DNA of 64,000 bases, from IMG/VR virus record IMGVR_UViG_3300032265_001591, positions 9,724-73,723 of that record. One strand, 5' to 3'. The translations under genes and the position numbers were made by a program. The stretch's first letter is position 1. Each line of letters begins with the position of its first letter. Below the pieces are notes generated by a model. It was not told the origin of the DNA, ran no database searches, and worked only from the letters and a program-made list of their open reading frames with translations. The stretch is from a virus. Shown piece by piece: positions 18,099 to 26,932 of this stretch.

Positions 18099-18191
18099 GG
18101 GTGAGTTGATGCTATGGTGTGTGCATCTCCAGACTGTAAATCTGGTCCCTCTGGGTAAACATTGTCAGTTCGACTCTGACCTCACCCACCA
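18099..18191 (+). tRNA. tRNA-Tyr(GUA) with atypical D-arm
   Basis: Acceptor GGGTGAG/CTCACCC, anticodon loop CT-GTA-AA, long variable region, ends ACCA. Confidence 0.85.
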
Positions 18192-18201
18192 TATAAAATG
18201 C

Positions 18202-18276
18202 GGGATTGTGGTGAAATGGTATCACAACGGACTTTTAATCCGTAAATTTTGGGTTCGAGCCCCAACGATCCTACCA
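18202..18276 (+). tRNA. tRNA-Lys(UUU)
   Basis: Acceptor GGGATTG/CGATCCT, anticodon loop CT-TTT-AA, ends ACCA. Confidence 0.9.
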
Positions 18277-18295
18277 AATATATAAGGATTATGGT

Positions 18296-18832
18296 ATGAT
18301 AGAATTTTTAGTGTGTTTATATTGTGCTATAGCAGATCGAGTTCGCGGAGGATTTCCTAGTGACAGATTTTGGAAAATTAAACCTTGGTGGAAACCACCT
18401 TTGCGCTCGTCTATTTGGTATGTTTCTGGTGGTATTCTCTCCGCTAGTATTCTTAATCCACATGATATTAAATCTTTTCTAATCTGTTTGCTTGCATCTA
18501 TTCTTTTTGCTCTAGGTGAACGTCAGAACATGGGTGTAATTGGTTGGTTATATCCTACCAGTAAAAAGCAATTTCAAGGATGGATTCAGCAATTTCGAAT
18601 TGGTGGTTTGTGGGCATTGATTGTCTCGCCTCTTTATTTTCTAGATTCAAACCTTTGGGTTTTAATTCCGGCTTGTTTTTTTGGTCCTGCTTTGGGTGCG
18701 CTATTTGCACGATTCTTATGGGTAAAATTGCCAGATCTTTGTCTTGAGCTTAATGGTCAATGGGCATGGACGGAATTTTATCGTGGATTGTTTATGGCAT
18801 TAATTGCGGTAAGTCTTAAATTATTTTGGTAA
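18296..18832 (+). CDS. Multi-pass membrane protein
   Basis: RBS AAGGA; several hydrophobic helices. Confidence 0.7.
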   Translation: MIEFLVCLYCAIADRVRGGFPSDRFWKIKPWWKPPLRSSIWYVSGGILSASILNPHDIKSFLICLLASILFALGERQNMGVIGWLYPTSKKQFQGWIQQFRIGGLWALIVSPLYFLDSNLWVLIPACFFGPALGALFARFLWVKLPDLCLELNGQWAWTEFYRGLFMALIAVSLKLFW

Positions 18833-18838
18833 TATAAA

Positions 18839-19342
18839 ATGAAAGTTTACATCGGTCCATTTAAGAAAAATTCTGATGAGCGTAAGATTGATGTTCGTAT
18901 CGATAAGCATGATACATGGAACATGGATTCTACTCTCGCATATATTGTTCTTCCTATGCTTAAGCAATTGAAGGCAACTATACATGGGTCTCCTGGAGAT
19001 CTTATTGAGTTTCAACAGACTTCAAATTCAGCTCAATACTCTTTTGACTTCTATGAAGAAGGCGATAAACTTGCTTGGGAAAAGGGACATGAACATTGGC
19101 ACCAAATTCTTGATAAGATGATTTGGTCATTTGAGCAGATAAATACTGATTGGGAAGATCAGTTTCATTCTGGCGTGTTAGACGTTTACTTCGAAGAAGT
19201 TGAAGGAACTGAACATTCTATTATGAAAATTGGTCCTAATGATACGCATAAATTTGATTCTAAAGGTTGTCTTCAGTTTCAAGATCGTATGCAAGAAGGA
19301 TTCGAGTTGTTTGGTAAATATTATAGAAACTTATGGGATTAA
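18839..19342 (+). CDS. Conserved phage hypothetical protein
   Basis: IDKHDTWNMDSTLA..VLPMLKQLK...GFELFGKYY..LWD family motif. Confidence 0.75.
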   Translation: MKVYIGPFKKNSDERKIDVRIDKHDTWNMDSTLAYIVLPMLKQLKATIHGSPGDLIEFQQTSNSAQYSFDFYEEGDKLAWEKGHEHWHQILDKMIWSFEQINTDWEDQFHSGVLDVYFEEVEGTEHSIMKIGPNDTHKFDSKGCLQFQDRMQEGFELFGKYYRNLWD

Positions 19343-19344
19343 AC

Positions 19345-19995
19345 ATGAAAATAAAATTAATTACTTTTCTTACATCACTTCTATGCTTAAATGTATATGC
19401 AACTGAGTGCAATCAGTTCTTTCCTAATGGTAAAGAAATTGTCATTCCCGGAACTACTGCGCTATGTAATAGCTTCTTTGTAGTGCTGTTTGATACTAAA
19501 CATGAAGCTCCTATGGTTTCAGCTGAGATTACACAACCTAAAGATCAGCGTGCTAATCGCACAAATGATTTTCATGGTGATTCGCGGTTAAAGAATGATT
19601 CACCTCTTCCAAGTGATTATGATAATTCTGGATTTGATCGTGGTCACATGACACCTGCTGCTGATGCATCAACTCCAAAGCAAATGAGTGAAACGTTTCT
19701 CATGACAAATATGACTCCACAGGCTCCTAAATTGAATCGGGTTGCATGGAGATTGATGGAAGAAAAAGTTCGTGGAATGGATAGCCAGTATATTGTAACT
19801 GGTGCAATTTATAAGTATCCTGCTAAGACAATTGGTAAGCATAATGTTCCAGTGCCAGTTTCTTACTATAAAGTAGTTTATCTTAAAGATGGTAAGAAAG
19901 TTGCATTTAATGCTACGAATTTAAATGAAGCAGATGTAACTGAGATTTCTTTTGAACATCTACAAGAAATGTTGGAGTATAAACTTCCAAATTGA
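19345..19995 (+). CDS. DNA/RNA non-specific endonuclease (NucA/Serratia-type) with signal peptide
   Basis: FDRGHMTPAAD, TFLMTNMTPQ..LNR..W; N-terminal MKIKLITFLTSLLCLNVYA. Confidence 0.9.
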   Translation: MKIKLITFLTSLLCLNVYATECNQFFPNGKEIVIPGTTALCNSFFVVLFDTKHEAPMVSAEITQPKDQRANRTNDFHGDSRLKNDSPLPSDYDNSGFDRGHMTPAADASTPKQMSETFLMTNMTPQAPKLNRVAWRLMEEKVRGMDSQYIVTGAIYKYPAKTIGKHNVPVPVSYYKVVYLKDGKKVAFNATNLNEADVTEISFEHLQEMLEYKLPN

Positions 19996-20007
19996 TGAGG
20001 TTTTGAT

Positions 20008-20190
20008 ATGAAAAGATTTATAATAAAAGACTCGCCTTCTCATGTGTTTGAAGATGATGTAGATTATTCTATTCCTTCACATTCTGATTTAACACAGGTA
20101 TGCGAAGCGTTTACTTTTTTTCTAAAAGCGTGTGGCTATAATCTCGATGGACAATATGTAACAATTGATTTTCACGATGACTTAAAATGA
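20008..20190 (+). CDS. Hypothetical protein
   Basis: RBS GAGG; F..FLKACGY motif. Confidence 0.65.
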   Translation: MKRFIIKDSPSHVFEDDVDYSIPSHSDLTQVCEAFTFFLKACGYNLDGQYVTIDFHDDLK

Positions 20191-20909
20191 AAACTTATAT
20201 TTTTGATGTAGATGGTGTATTGGCTTTACCCAATCAGCCAATTGAACCTCATTTTATGAGAATGTTTGAACACTGGATGCTTAAGAAAGACGTATATATT
20301 TGCACGAATAACACTTATCAAAACATTATGCCTAGGCTTGGACGTAGGATTATTGATAATTGTCAAGCTGTATTCACCAGTGGTGGTAACTCTATATGGA
20401 AAGAAAATAAAGAACATGTGGTGAGCAATTGGCGGCCATCATATGAATTAATTTCTTTTCTTGAATCTCTTCTAAAGATGTCGGATCTTAAGACAAGATC
20501 TGGACCGAATATTGAATATCGTACAGGAATGATTAGTTTTTCTTTAGTTGGAAAGACAGCATCAGAAGATGAGATTAAGAGATATCAGCAATGGGATAAG
20601 ATTTCAAAAGAAAAGAAAACTTTTGCCGAAAGCATTAAGAAAGCTTTTCCAAATTTAGGCATATGCTTCGGTAGTGATACATCTATTGACATCAGTGAAT
20701 CATGTTACGATAAAGCAAACATTTATAATTTTCTTAAGTTTAAAACAAATGTTACTTCAGTGTATCATTCAGTATATGGTAATAACAAAGACACACAAGA
20801 ACGTATAAAAAACATAACTGAACAAGCTATGTCAATTAATAAAAAAGCAGTATATAATACTATTATTAGCAATAGTCCTGAAGATACACAAAAATATTTG
20901 AGATTGTAA
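20187..20909 (+). CDS. HAD-superfamily hydrolase, eukaryotic phosphomannomutase-like
   Basis: YIFDVDGVL, IEYRTGMISFS, SIDI..DK; motif IV looks degenerate. Confidence 0.75.
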   Translation: MKTYIFDVDGVLALPNQPIEPHFMRMFEHWMLKKDVYICTNNTYQNIMPRLGRRIIDNCQAVFTSGGNSIWKENKEHVVSNWRPSYELISFLESLLKMSDLKTRSGPNIEYRTGMISFSLVGKTASEDEIKRYQQWDKISKEKKTFAESIKKAFPNLGICFGSDTSIDISESCYDKANIYNFLKFKTNVTSVYHSVYGNNKDTQERIKNITEQAMSINKKAVYNTIISNSPEDTQKYLRL

Positions 20910-20911
20910 TT

Positions 20912-21319
20912 ATGATGATATTTATGAATTCTTCTTCCAAAAAGAAGAAAACAAAATTGACTAAAGCAAAACAAAAAGTTCTTGATGACTATAACGCTTG
21001 GAGAAAACAGAATAAATTACCTGCTGTTTCTTCTTTGAATGCTGAAAAGATCTCAAGCTCTTTTCAAGAGTATAAGCCTAAGGTATCACATGCTCGTAGT
21101 ACTTCTCATATCAAATCACTTGAGAGCACTGCACCAGCTGTATGCGCGCGGAACTCTATCATGGATAGAACGTCTCTTGATAAAGAACCTGAACATGTTC
21201 GCGAACAGATCATTGCTAAGAGCAAAAGAATTGCACTGATGTATAACAAAGGTGCATATCAATACATTAGCGATGAAATTGATATCACTACAATTGGAAC
21301 CCGCAATAGAAGAATGTAG
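20912..21319 (+). CDS. Conserved phage hypothetical basic protein
   Basis: C-terminal YNKGAYQYI motif. Confidence 0.7.
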   Translation: MMIFMNSSSKKKKTKLTKAKQKVLDDYNAWRKQNKLPAVSSLNAEKISSSFQEYKPKVSHARSTSHIKSLESTAPAVCARNSIMDRTSLDKEPEHVREQIIAKSKRIALMYNKGAYQYISDEIDITTIGTRNRRM

Positions 21320-21348
21320 TGTACATTATTTCCATATAGTATTACTAT
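21320..21348 (+). promoter_or_regulatory. Sigma70-like early promoter
   Basis: TGTACA-N17-TACTAT. Confidence 0.65.
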
Positions 21349-21408
21349 ATGGTTATGGGTGCTAGTGACCTACACTAAAAATTTGTTAATTATTAATTGG
21401 AGATTATT

Positions 21409-21645
21409 ATGACTAAGACCGAAAAGCTTCTTGATGCATTTAAGAATGGCACTCGACTGACGAGCAAGCAGATTTCTGCACGCTTTGGTCTAAAGAACCC
21501 AACTGCAGCGATCACCGCTCTACGCCAGGAAGGTTATGCTATTCACTTCAATAAGCGTAAGACTATGGCTTCGTACTTCAAGCTTGGTACGCCAAGCCGA
21601 GCAGTAGTTGCTGCTGGGTATAAGGCTCTAGCGCATAACGGCTAA
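21409..21645 (+). CDS. Small winged-HTH DNA-binding protein
   Basis: RBS GGAG; LTSKQISARFGLKNPTAAITALRQEGYAI...LGTPSRAVVAAGY. Confidence 0.75.
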   Translation: MTKTEKLLDAFKNGTRLTSKQISARFGLKNPTAAITALRQEGYAIHFNKRKTMASYFKLGTPSRAVVAAGYKALAHNG

Positions 21646-21658
21646 ACCTTGAATAAGA

Positions 21659-21688
21659 AGAAGGGCCCTTGTGGCCCTTCTCTCTTTT
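21659..21688 (+). terminator. Rho-independent terminator
   Basis: AGAAGGGCC-CTTGT-GGCCCTTCT stem followed by CTCTTTT. Confidence 0.7.
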
Positions 21689-21698
21689 GGAGATTATT

Positions 21699-21953
21699 AT
21701 GATTACTCGTCAAGAACTTTCAGATCTTCTACACAATCACATGATGAAGATTTGCTTTATGAAAAAAGATGAGACTCAGCGTGAAATGCTGTGTACTCTA
21801 CAAAAAGATCTTCTTCCTTTAGTTGAGGAAACCACAGAAGAAGTAACTAACAAACCTATCAATGAAACGTTGATTCCCGTTTGGGATGTGATTAATAATG
21901 GTTGGCGTTCTATCATTATAGATAGAATATACCATTATGAAATTGTGGAGTAA
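21699..21953 (+). CDS. WYL-like/SH3-fold protein (DUF2693-like)
   Basis: F.KKD...REM.CTL...VWD....GWRS motif; RBS GGAG. Confidence 0.75.
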   Translation: MITRQELSDLLHNHMMKICFMKKDETQREMLCTLQKDLLPLVEETTEEVTNKPINETLIPVWDVINNGWRSIIIDRIYHYEIVE

Positions 21954-21956
21954 ATT

Positions 21957-22898
21957 ATGCCTATTGCTATTGATGAATTATCCAAGAATGCTCTTGGTGG
22001 AACCGAGAGAATGAAGTATGCTCTAGCAGAAAAGCTAGATCAGACTATCTTAGATAAATTTCAAATCATTTGTTCCAGGGTTAGAGACATTGATCCTAAG
22101 CTCATCCCTATCTACTGGCTTCATGATCTTCCTGGTGACCCAGAATCAAACCACTTAGCACAAGGTGGTTACACCAAGTTTGAACGTCTTGTATTTGTTT
22201 CTAATTGGCAGATGCAAAACTATCTAAATCACTATAGGATTCCTTGGTATAAATCTTGTGTTATTCAGAACGCAATTGAGCCTATTCCTTTTGTTGAAAA
22301 ATCAAAAGAAAAAATTAAACTCATTTATCATACAACGCCACATCGTGGATTGAACATTGTTGTTCCTGTATTTGCTAAGCTTGCAGAAAAGTACGATAAC
22401 ATTGAATTGGATGTATTCTCATCATTTAAAATTTATGGATGGGAAGAACGTGATGAACCCTTTAAACAATTATTTGACTTCTGTGAAAATCACCCTAAAA
22501 TAAACTATCATGGGTTCCAACCAAATGAAGTGGTGCGAAAAGCTTTACAAGAAGCTCACATCTTTGCTTATCCATCAATTTGGCTTGAGACTTCATGCAT
22601 TGCTCTACTTGAAGCAATGAGCGCTGGTTGCTTATGTGTACATCCTAATTATGGTGCACTCTATGAAACAGCAGCAAACCTTACTTGGATGTATCAATAT
22701 CAAGAAGATCCTAGGGATCATACTAATACATTCTATAATATGCTTGATGTAGCAATTCAAAAAGTTCAAAGTGATAGTGTTCAATTGTCTTTAGAATCAA
22801 CTAAGAACTATGTTGATACTCTTTACAATTGGGACCGCCGAGTTGCTGAATGGAATACTTTACTCACTTCAATCTTAATTAAGAAGAAACTTATCTAA
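21957..22898 (+). CDS. Glycosyltransferase, GT-B fold (GT4-like)
   Basis: GGTE, WLHD, FVSNWQ, TPHRGL, YPSIWLETSCIALLEAMSAG. Confidence 0.9.
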   Translation: MPIAIDELSKNALGGTERMKYALAEKLDQTILDKFQIICSRVRDIDPKLIPIYWLHDLPGDPESNHLAQGGYTKFERLVFVSNWQMQNYLNHYRIPWYKSCVIQNAIEPIPFVEKSKEKIKLIYHTTPHRGLNIVVPVFAKLAEKYDNIELDVFSSFKIYGWEERDEPFKQLFDFCENHPKINYHGFQPNEVVRKALQEAHIFAYPSIWLETSCIALLEAMSAGCLCVHPNYGALYETAANLTWMYQYQEDPRDHTNTFYNMLDVAIQKVQSDSVQLSLESTKNYVDTLYNWDRRVAEWNTLLTSILIKKKLI

Positions 22899-24025
22899 TG
22901 AGCGTTAATAAACTTGCTGATAAATTGATCGCTAAAAAGTTTTGGGGTGACGAACCAATTCATAAAAAAGTAATCACATCTAAAATTGATGATATGCTTT
23001 GCAAAATGTTAAATTGGTACAATATCATGTCTGATGAAAAAGACAAAGATAGATGGCTAATTGAATACATGAAAAATAATGGTTACAGTAAGACTGATAT
23101 TTTAAATATCATGAATCTTAATGCTTTAGGTTCAGTTTGCAAAAATTCAGCAAGTGTTTTGGCGCGGATTGAATCCAATGGTGCTACTTTTGATGGTGAA
23201 ATAAAAGGAATCGTTGCTTCTAAAATTAGACAAGCTTTGTCTTATAATCAAAAAGAAATAAAAGAAGATATTACTAGTGCAAAAGTAGTATCTATCCAAG
23301 ATAGAATCAAAGCATTAGCAGAACCACACATTGTGCATATCGATGAGGAGATTCATTCATGGTATTATGAACGTAAGACTAAAATTGTTTTCTCTTTGTA
23401 TACGTATCTTCAGCGCAATCAGCTTAATGCACAGATCTGTAATCATATCAAAACATTGATTTCTAAGATTCATGATGAACACGCTGAAATGCTGCAAGGT
23501 GAAGATGAACAATTGAATGAAGCATATGCTTACCTTCCTAATACTTCAAAGAAAGCTATTATGAAGCAATTAACTGCTTGTATGGAAGATATTGCTCGAT
23601 TTGTTGGTAATGCTAAAGCTTCTAAACCTAAGAAGCCGCGTAAAAAGAAAGAAGTAACTGCATCTAAACTAATAAATAAACTAAACTATCAGAAAGAGTT
23701 TAATAAACTTAAGATCAAGTCTATTATGCCTGAATCTATTATTGGTAGTCAGCAGTTATGGTTATATAACACTAAGTATGATCAACTGATCATGTTAAAC
23801 GCCATTAGTCCAACCGGATTAAGCGTTAAAGGTTCAACTATTATAGACTTTGATCCAGATGCTTCTATTAAAAAGAAAGTTAGGAAACCAGAAGATACAA
23901 TTCAAAAAGTTCTTAGTGGAGGAAAGCAAGTTCTAATTAAACTCATGTCAACCTTAACTACTAAACCTATTGAAGTTAATGGCCGAATTAATAATGATAC
24001 TATCATCCTTAGAGCCATTAAATAG
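22898..24025 (+). CDS. Conserved T4-like hypothetical protein (NrdC.10-like)
   Basis: C-terminal SI.P..IIG...LWLYNTK...GLSVKGSTI...RKPE...NGRIN..TIIL. Confidence 0.65.
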   Translation: MSVNKLADKLIAKKFWGDEPIHKKVITSKIDDMLCKMLNWYNIMSDEKDKDRWLIEYMKNNGYSKTDILNIMNLNALGSVCKNSASVLARIESNGATFDGEIKGIVASKIRQALSYNQKEIKEDITSAKVVSIQDRIKALAEPHIVHIDEEIHSWYYERKTKIVFSLYTYLQRNQLNAQICNHIKTLISKIHDEHAEMLQGEDEQLNEAYAYLPNTSKKAIMKQLTACMEDIARFVGNAKASKPKKPRKKKEVTASKLINKLNYQKEFNKLKIKSIMPESIIGSQQLWLYNTKYDQLIMLNAISPTGLSVKGSTIIDFDPDASIKKKVRKPEDTIQKVLSGGKQVLIKLMSTLTTKPIEVNGRINNDTIILRAIK

Positions 24026-24033
24026 GAGCGTCT

Positions 24034-24420
24034 ATGTCAGTAATAAAAACAAAAAAAGCATCTGACAATGTCGTAATATTCCCTAAGTCAAAGGCTAATG
24101 TTCCCCCTATGACAATAGAGGAACTTAATGAAAAACTAAAATGTTCTAAGTTAGAAGTAGCAGAACACTTAGCAGAAGAATTAACACATGAAGTTGGAAG
24201 AATCATGTCTGATAATGGGTATATGATTACTCATGTTGCAGATCTTGCGTTCCTTCTTATTACTGTGAAAGCAGTTCTTCTAAGACATGAAAAAATATAT
24301 CATCCAGTTCAAGATTTTATTGATGAGAATATTATCTTAACAGAAGGCGATGAAGACGAAGAAGACGAAGAAGACGAAGAAGACGAAGAAGACGAAGAAA
24401 CAATTGACATTGAAACTTAA
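24034..24420 (+). CDS. Hypothetical protein with acidic repeat tail
   Basis: RBS AGGAG; NVVIFPK N-terminal motif; (EDE)5 tail. Confidence 0.7.
   Translation: MSVIKTKKASDNVVIFPKSKANVPPMTIEELNEKLKCSKLEVAEHLAEELTHEVGRIMSDNGYMITHVADLAFLLITVKAVLLRHEKIYHPVQDFIDENIILTEGDEDEEDEEDEEDEEDEETIDIET
24352..24396 (+). repeat. Tandem repeat (GAAGACGAA)x5
   Basis: Five perfect in-frame 9-bp copies. Confidence 0.95.
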
Positions 24421-24432
24421 ATAATATACTAT
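24404..24432 (+). promoter_or_regulatory. Sigma70-like promoter for rnh
   Basis: TTGACA-N17-TACTAT. Confidence 0.75.
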
Positions 24433-24461
24433 TAGCATACATATACATTTTGGAGTAAACA

Positions 24462-25337
24462 ATGATTATCGTTGACTTGAATCAAGTCATGATTGCAAAT
24501 ATTATGGCGCTTTATGGCCGGCACATTGGCGAAACACCAATTGAATTGGATCTATTCCGATCCGCTACACTTAATACTATCAGATCATTTAATAAGAAAT
24601 TTTCTGGTCAGTTTGGAGAAATGGTCATTGCGGCCGATGGCAGACGTAGTTGGCGTAAAGACGTATTTCCATTCTATAAAGCAAATCGTAAAAAGAGTCG
24701 TGACAAATCTGATGTAGATTGGACTCTTATCTTTAATAATCTTAATACTGTCCGTGAAGAACTTAAAGAGTTCTTTCCTTATCGAGTTATTCACCTAGAT
24801 AGCGCTGAAGCTGATGATGTAATTGGTGTTCTTGTTACAGAACTGTCTAATAGAGTTGGATATAAAAAAGAAAATATCTTAATTCTATCTGGTGATAAAG
24901 ATTTTATTCAGCTTCAAGCATATAATTCTTCTGTTGCAGTCAAGCAATACGATCCCATAAATAAGAAATATATTGATTGTTCTGATGCTAAACAGTTTAT
25001 GAAAGAACATATCCTCAAAGGTGATGTAGGTGATGGTATCCCTAATTTTCTTTCTGCAGATAATAGTTTCGTAGATAATGTTAGACAGAAACCAATTATG
25101 AAGAAAAATCTTAATGAATGGCTTCTTCTTCCAATAGAACAGTTTTGTAACGAAGAGATGCTTAGAAATTTTAAACGAAATGAAACGTTAATTGATTTAA
25201 GTAAAACGCCACAAATTATTCGTGAAAAAATTATTACTGAATATGAACAACAATCAGGAAAAGATAGATCCAAATTGTTTAATTACTTCATCAAGAATAA
25301 ACTGAAAGTGTTGATGGAATCTATTAATGACTTTTAA
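24462..25337 (+). CDS. rnh: T4-type RNase H / 5'-3' flap exonuclease
   Basis: SWRK..FPFYKANRK, EADDVI, SGDKDFIQL, GDVGDGIPN. Confidence 0.95.
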   Translation: MIIVDLNQVMIANIMALYGRHIGETPIELDLFRSATLNTIRSFNKKFSGQFGEMVIAADGRRSWRKDVFPFYKANRKKSRDKSDVDWTLIFNNLNTVREELKEFFPYRVIHLDSAEADDVIGVLVTELSNRVGYKKENILILSGDKDFIQLQAYNSSVAVKQYDPINKKYIDCSDAKQFMKEHILKGDVGDGIPNFLSADNSFVDNVRQKPIMKKNLNEWLLLPIEQFCNEEMLRNFKRNETLIDLSKTPQIIREKIITEYEQQSGKDRSKLFNYFIKNKLKVLMESINDF

Positions 25338-25346
25338 AGGTTAATC

Positions 25347-25787
25347 ATGCATAAATCACTATACCAAATTCTAAAAGAAATCTCTGAGCTTAAGACCAAT
25401 AAAGAAAAAATTGAAGCTCTAAGAACCAATCGATACGCAGAAGCTTTTAAGTGTATATTTCATTATACATATCATTCTCAGATTAAATGGCTTTTACCGG
25501 AAGGTGATGCACCATATAAGCCATGTGAATTTTTAGATGCTGAAGGGCGATTGCTTATTGAACTTAGAAAGCTATATCTTTTTATAGAAGGCGGTAATCC
25601 AAATTTAGTTCAAGCTAGACGAGAATTTCTTTTCATTCAAACATTAGAAAGCGTTTATCCAAAAGATGCTGAACTTTTGATTTCTATGAAAGATAGAAAA
25701 TTACCATTTAAAGGTCTTAATAAGAAGCTTGTTGTGCAGGCTTTTCCAGAACTAGATTTAGGAACACAGGAGGAAGTAGAAGTATAA
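25347..25787 (+). CDS. Conserved T4-like hypothetical protein (DUF6433-like)
   Basis: WLLPEG.APY...RRE.LFIQ.LE...DAELL..MKD..LP motif; downstream of rnh. Confidence 0.75.
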   Translation: MHKSLYQILKEISELKTNKEKIEALRTNRYAEAFKCIFHYTYHSQIKWLLPEGDAPYKPCEFLDAEGRLLIELRKLYLFIEGGNPNLVQARREFLFIQTLESVYPKDAELLISMKDRKLPFKGLNKKLVVQAFPELDLGTQEEVEV

Positions 25788-25788
25788 T

Positions 25789-25959
25789 ATGAGCAAATCA
25801 TATAAAGAACAACGGCGTGATCGTGAGTATGATCCTCTCGAACGTGCTTCTAAACAGAAAAAAATGCCAAAAATTAAGCAAAGAAAAGAAAAATTATTTA
25901 ATAATGCTTTGAGATCAACAAATTTACCAGAATTAATTAAGTATTCTGAGGAAGAATAA
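25789..25959 (+). CDS. Small basic hypothetical protein (56 aa, not in the ORF track)
   Basis: ATG at 25789 (MSKSYKEQRRDREYD...) ends with a TAATG overlap to the next gene and fills the gap exactly. Confidence 0.65.
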   Translation: MSKSYKEQRRDREYDPLERASKQKKMPKIKQRKEKLFNNALRSTNLPELIKYSEEE

Positions 25960-26195
25960 TGCCAACCTATACATTTCGTAATAGTGAGACTGAAGAATTG
26001 TTTGAACAATTTTTTAGTTCGTATGCAAAAAAGGATGAGTTTCTTGTGCAAAATCCACAACTACAACAAGTACTCCAGCCGGTTGCATTTGGAGATTCAA
26101 TACGGATGGGGCTGAGGAAACCCGATGATGCGTTCAGAGATAAACTCAAAGACATTAAACGAGCACATAGACATAGCACAGTCAACACATTCTAA
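25959..26195 (+). CDS. FmdB-like regulatory protein (Cys-less variant)
   Basis: MPTYTF...F...NP.LQQ...KPD..FR..LK.IK pattern. Confidence 0.7.
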   Translation: MPTYTFRNSETEELFEQFFSSYAKKDEFLVQNPQLQQVLQPVAFGDSIRMGLRKPDDAFRDKLKDIKRAHRHSTVNTF

Positions 26196-26922
26196 TAAAT
26201 CTGAAAAGAAAAAAAAGAAAAATCAATACACAAAAGATAATTCATCTTTAACTGTTCAAAAGCAAAGCTTATCTCTTAAACAAATTAAACCAATTACTGA
26301 GAATCAAAATATTGCTTTTTCAGATTGGAAAGAAGGTCAAAATTTACTTCTACATGGATTAGCCGGAACCGGTAAATCGTATATTTCCTTATATCTTGCC
26401 TTAAAAGAACTATTCACCCAAGGTTCATATTATAAACATATTTTAATTGTCAGAAGTGTAGTACCTACTCGCGACATGGGGTTTTTGCCTGGGTCTGTAA
26501 AAGATAAATCAAAAGTATATGAAGCCCCTTATCAAGGAATATGTACTGATTTATTCGGTCGCGCAGATGCTTATGAATTATTAAAAACTAAACATATAAT
26601 AGACTTTACCACAACATCATTTATTCGTGGAAATACTTTTCATGATACTATCGTAATTGTAGATGAAGTTAACAACTTAACATTTCATGAACTTGATTCT
26701 GTCATTACACGATTAGGTGATAATTGTAGAATAATGTTATGTGGTGACTATAGACAATCAGATCTAATCTATCAAAATGATAGAAATGGATTAATTACAT
26801 TTATAGAAGTAATTCGTAAATTGAAAGGATTTTCACATATAGAATTTGGAATAGATGATATTGTTAGATCTGGTTTAGTTAAATCATATATAATTGCAAA
26901 ACATGAACTTGGAATAACCTAA
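26125..26922 (+). CDS. phoH: PhoH-like ATPase
   Basis: GLAGTGKS, RDMGFLPG, SFIRG, VDEVNN, TRLG, GDYRQSD, DIVRSGLV. Confidence 0.95.
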   Translation: MMRSEINSKTLNEHIDIAQSTHSNKSEKKKKKNQYTKDNSSLTVQKQSLSLKQIKPITENQNIAFSDWKEGQNLLLHGLAGTGKSYISLYLALKELFTQGSYYKHILIVRSVVPTRDMGFLPGSVKDKSKVYEAPYQGICTDLFGRADAYELLKTKHIIDFTTTSFIRGNTFHDTIVIVDEVNNLTFHELDSVITRLGDNCRIMLCGDYRQSDLIYQNDRNGLITFIEVIRKLKGFSHIEFGIDDIVRSGLVKSYIIAKHELGIT

Positions 26923-26932
26923 GGACTTTGAC

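Noticed and set aside
17816-18285. Several 60-68 aa ORFs on both strands
   Set aside because: They overlap clear tRNA genes.
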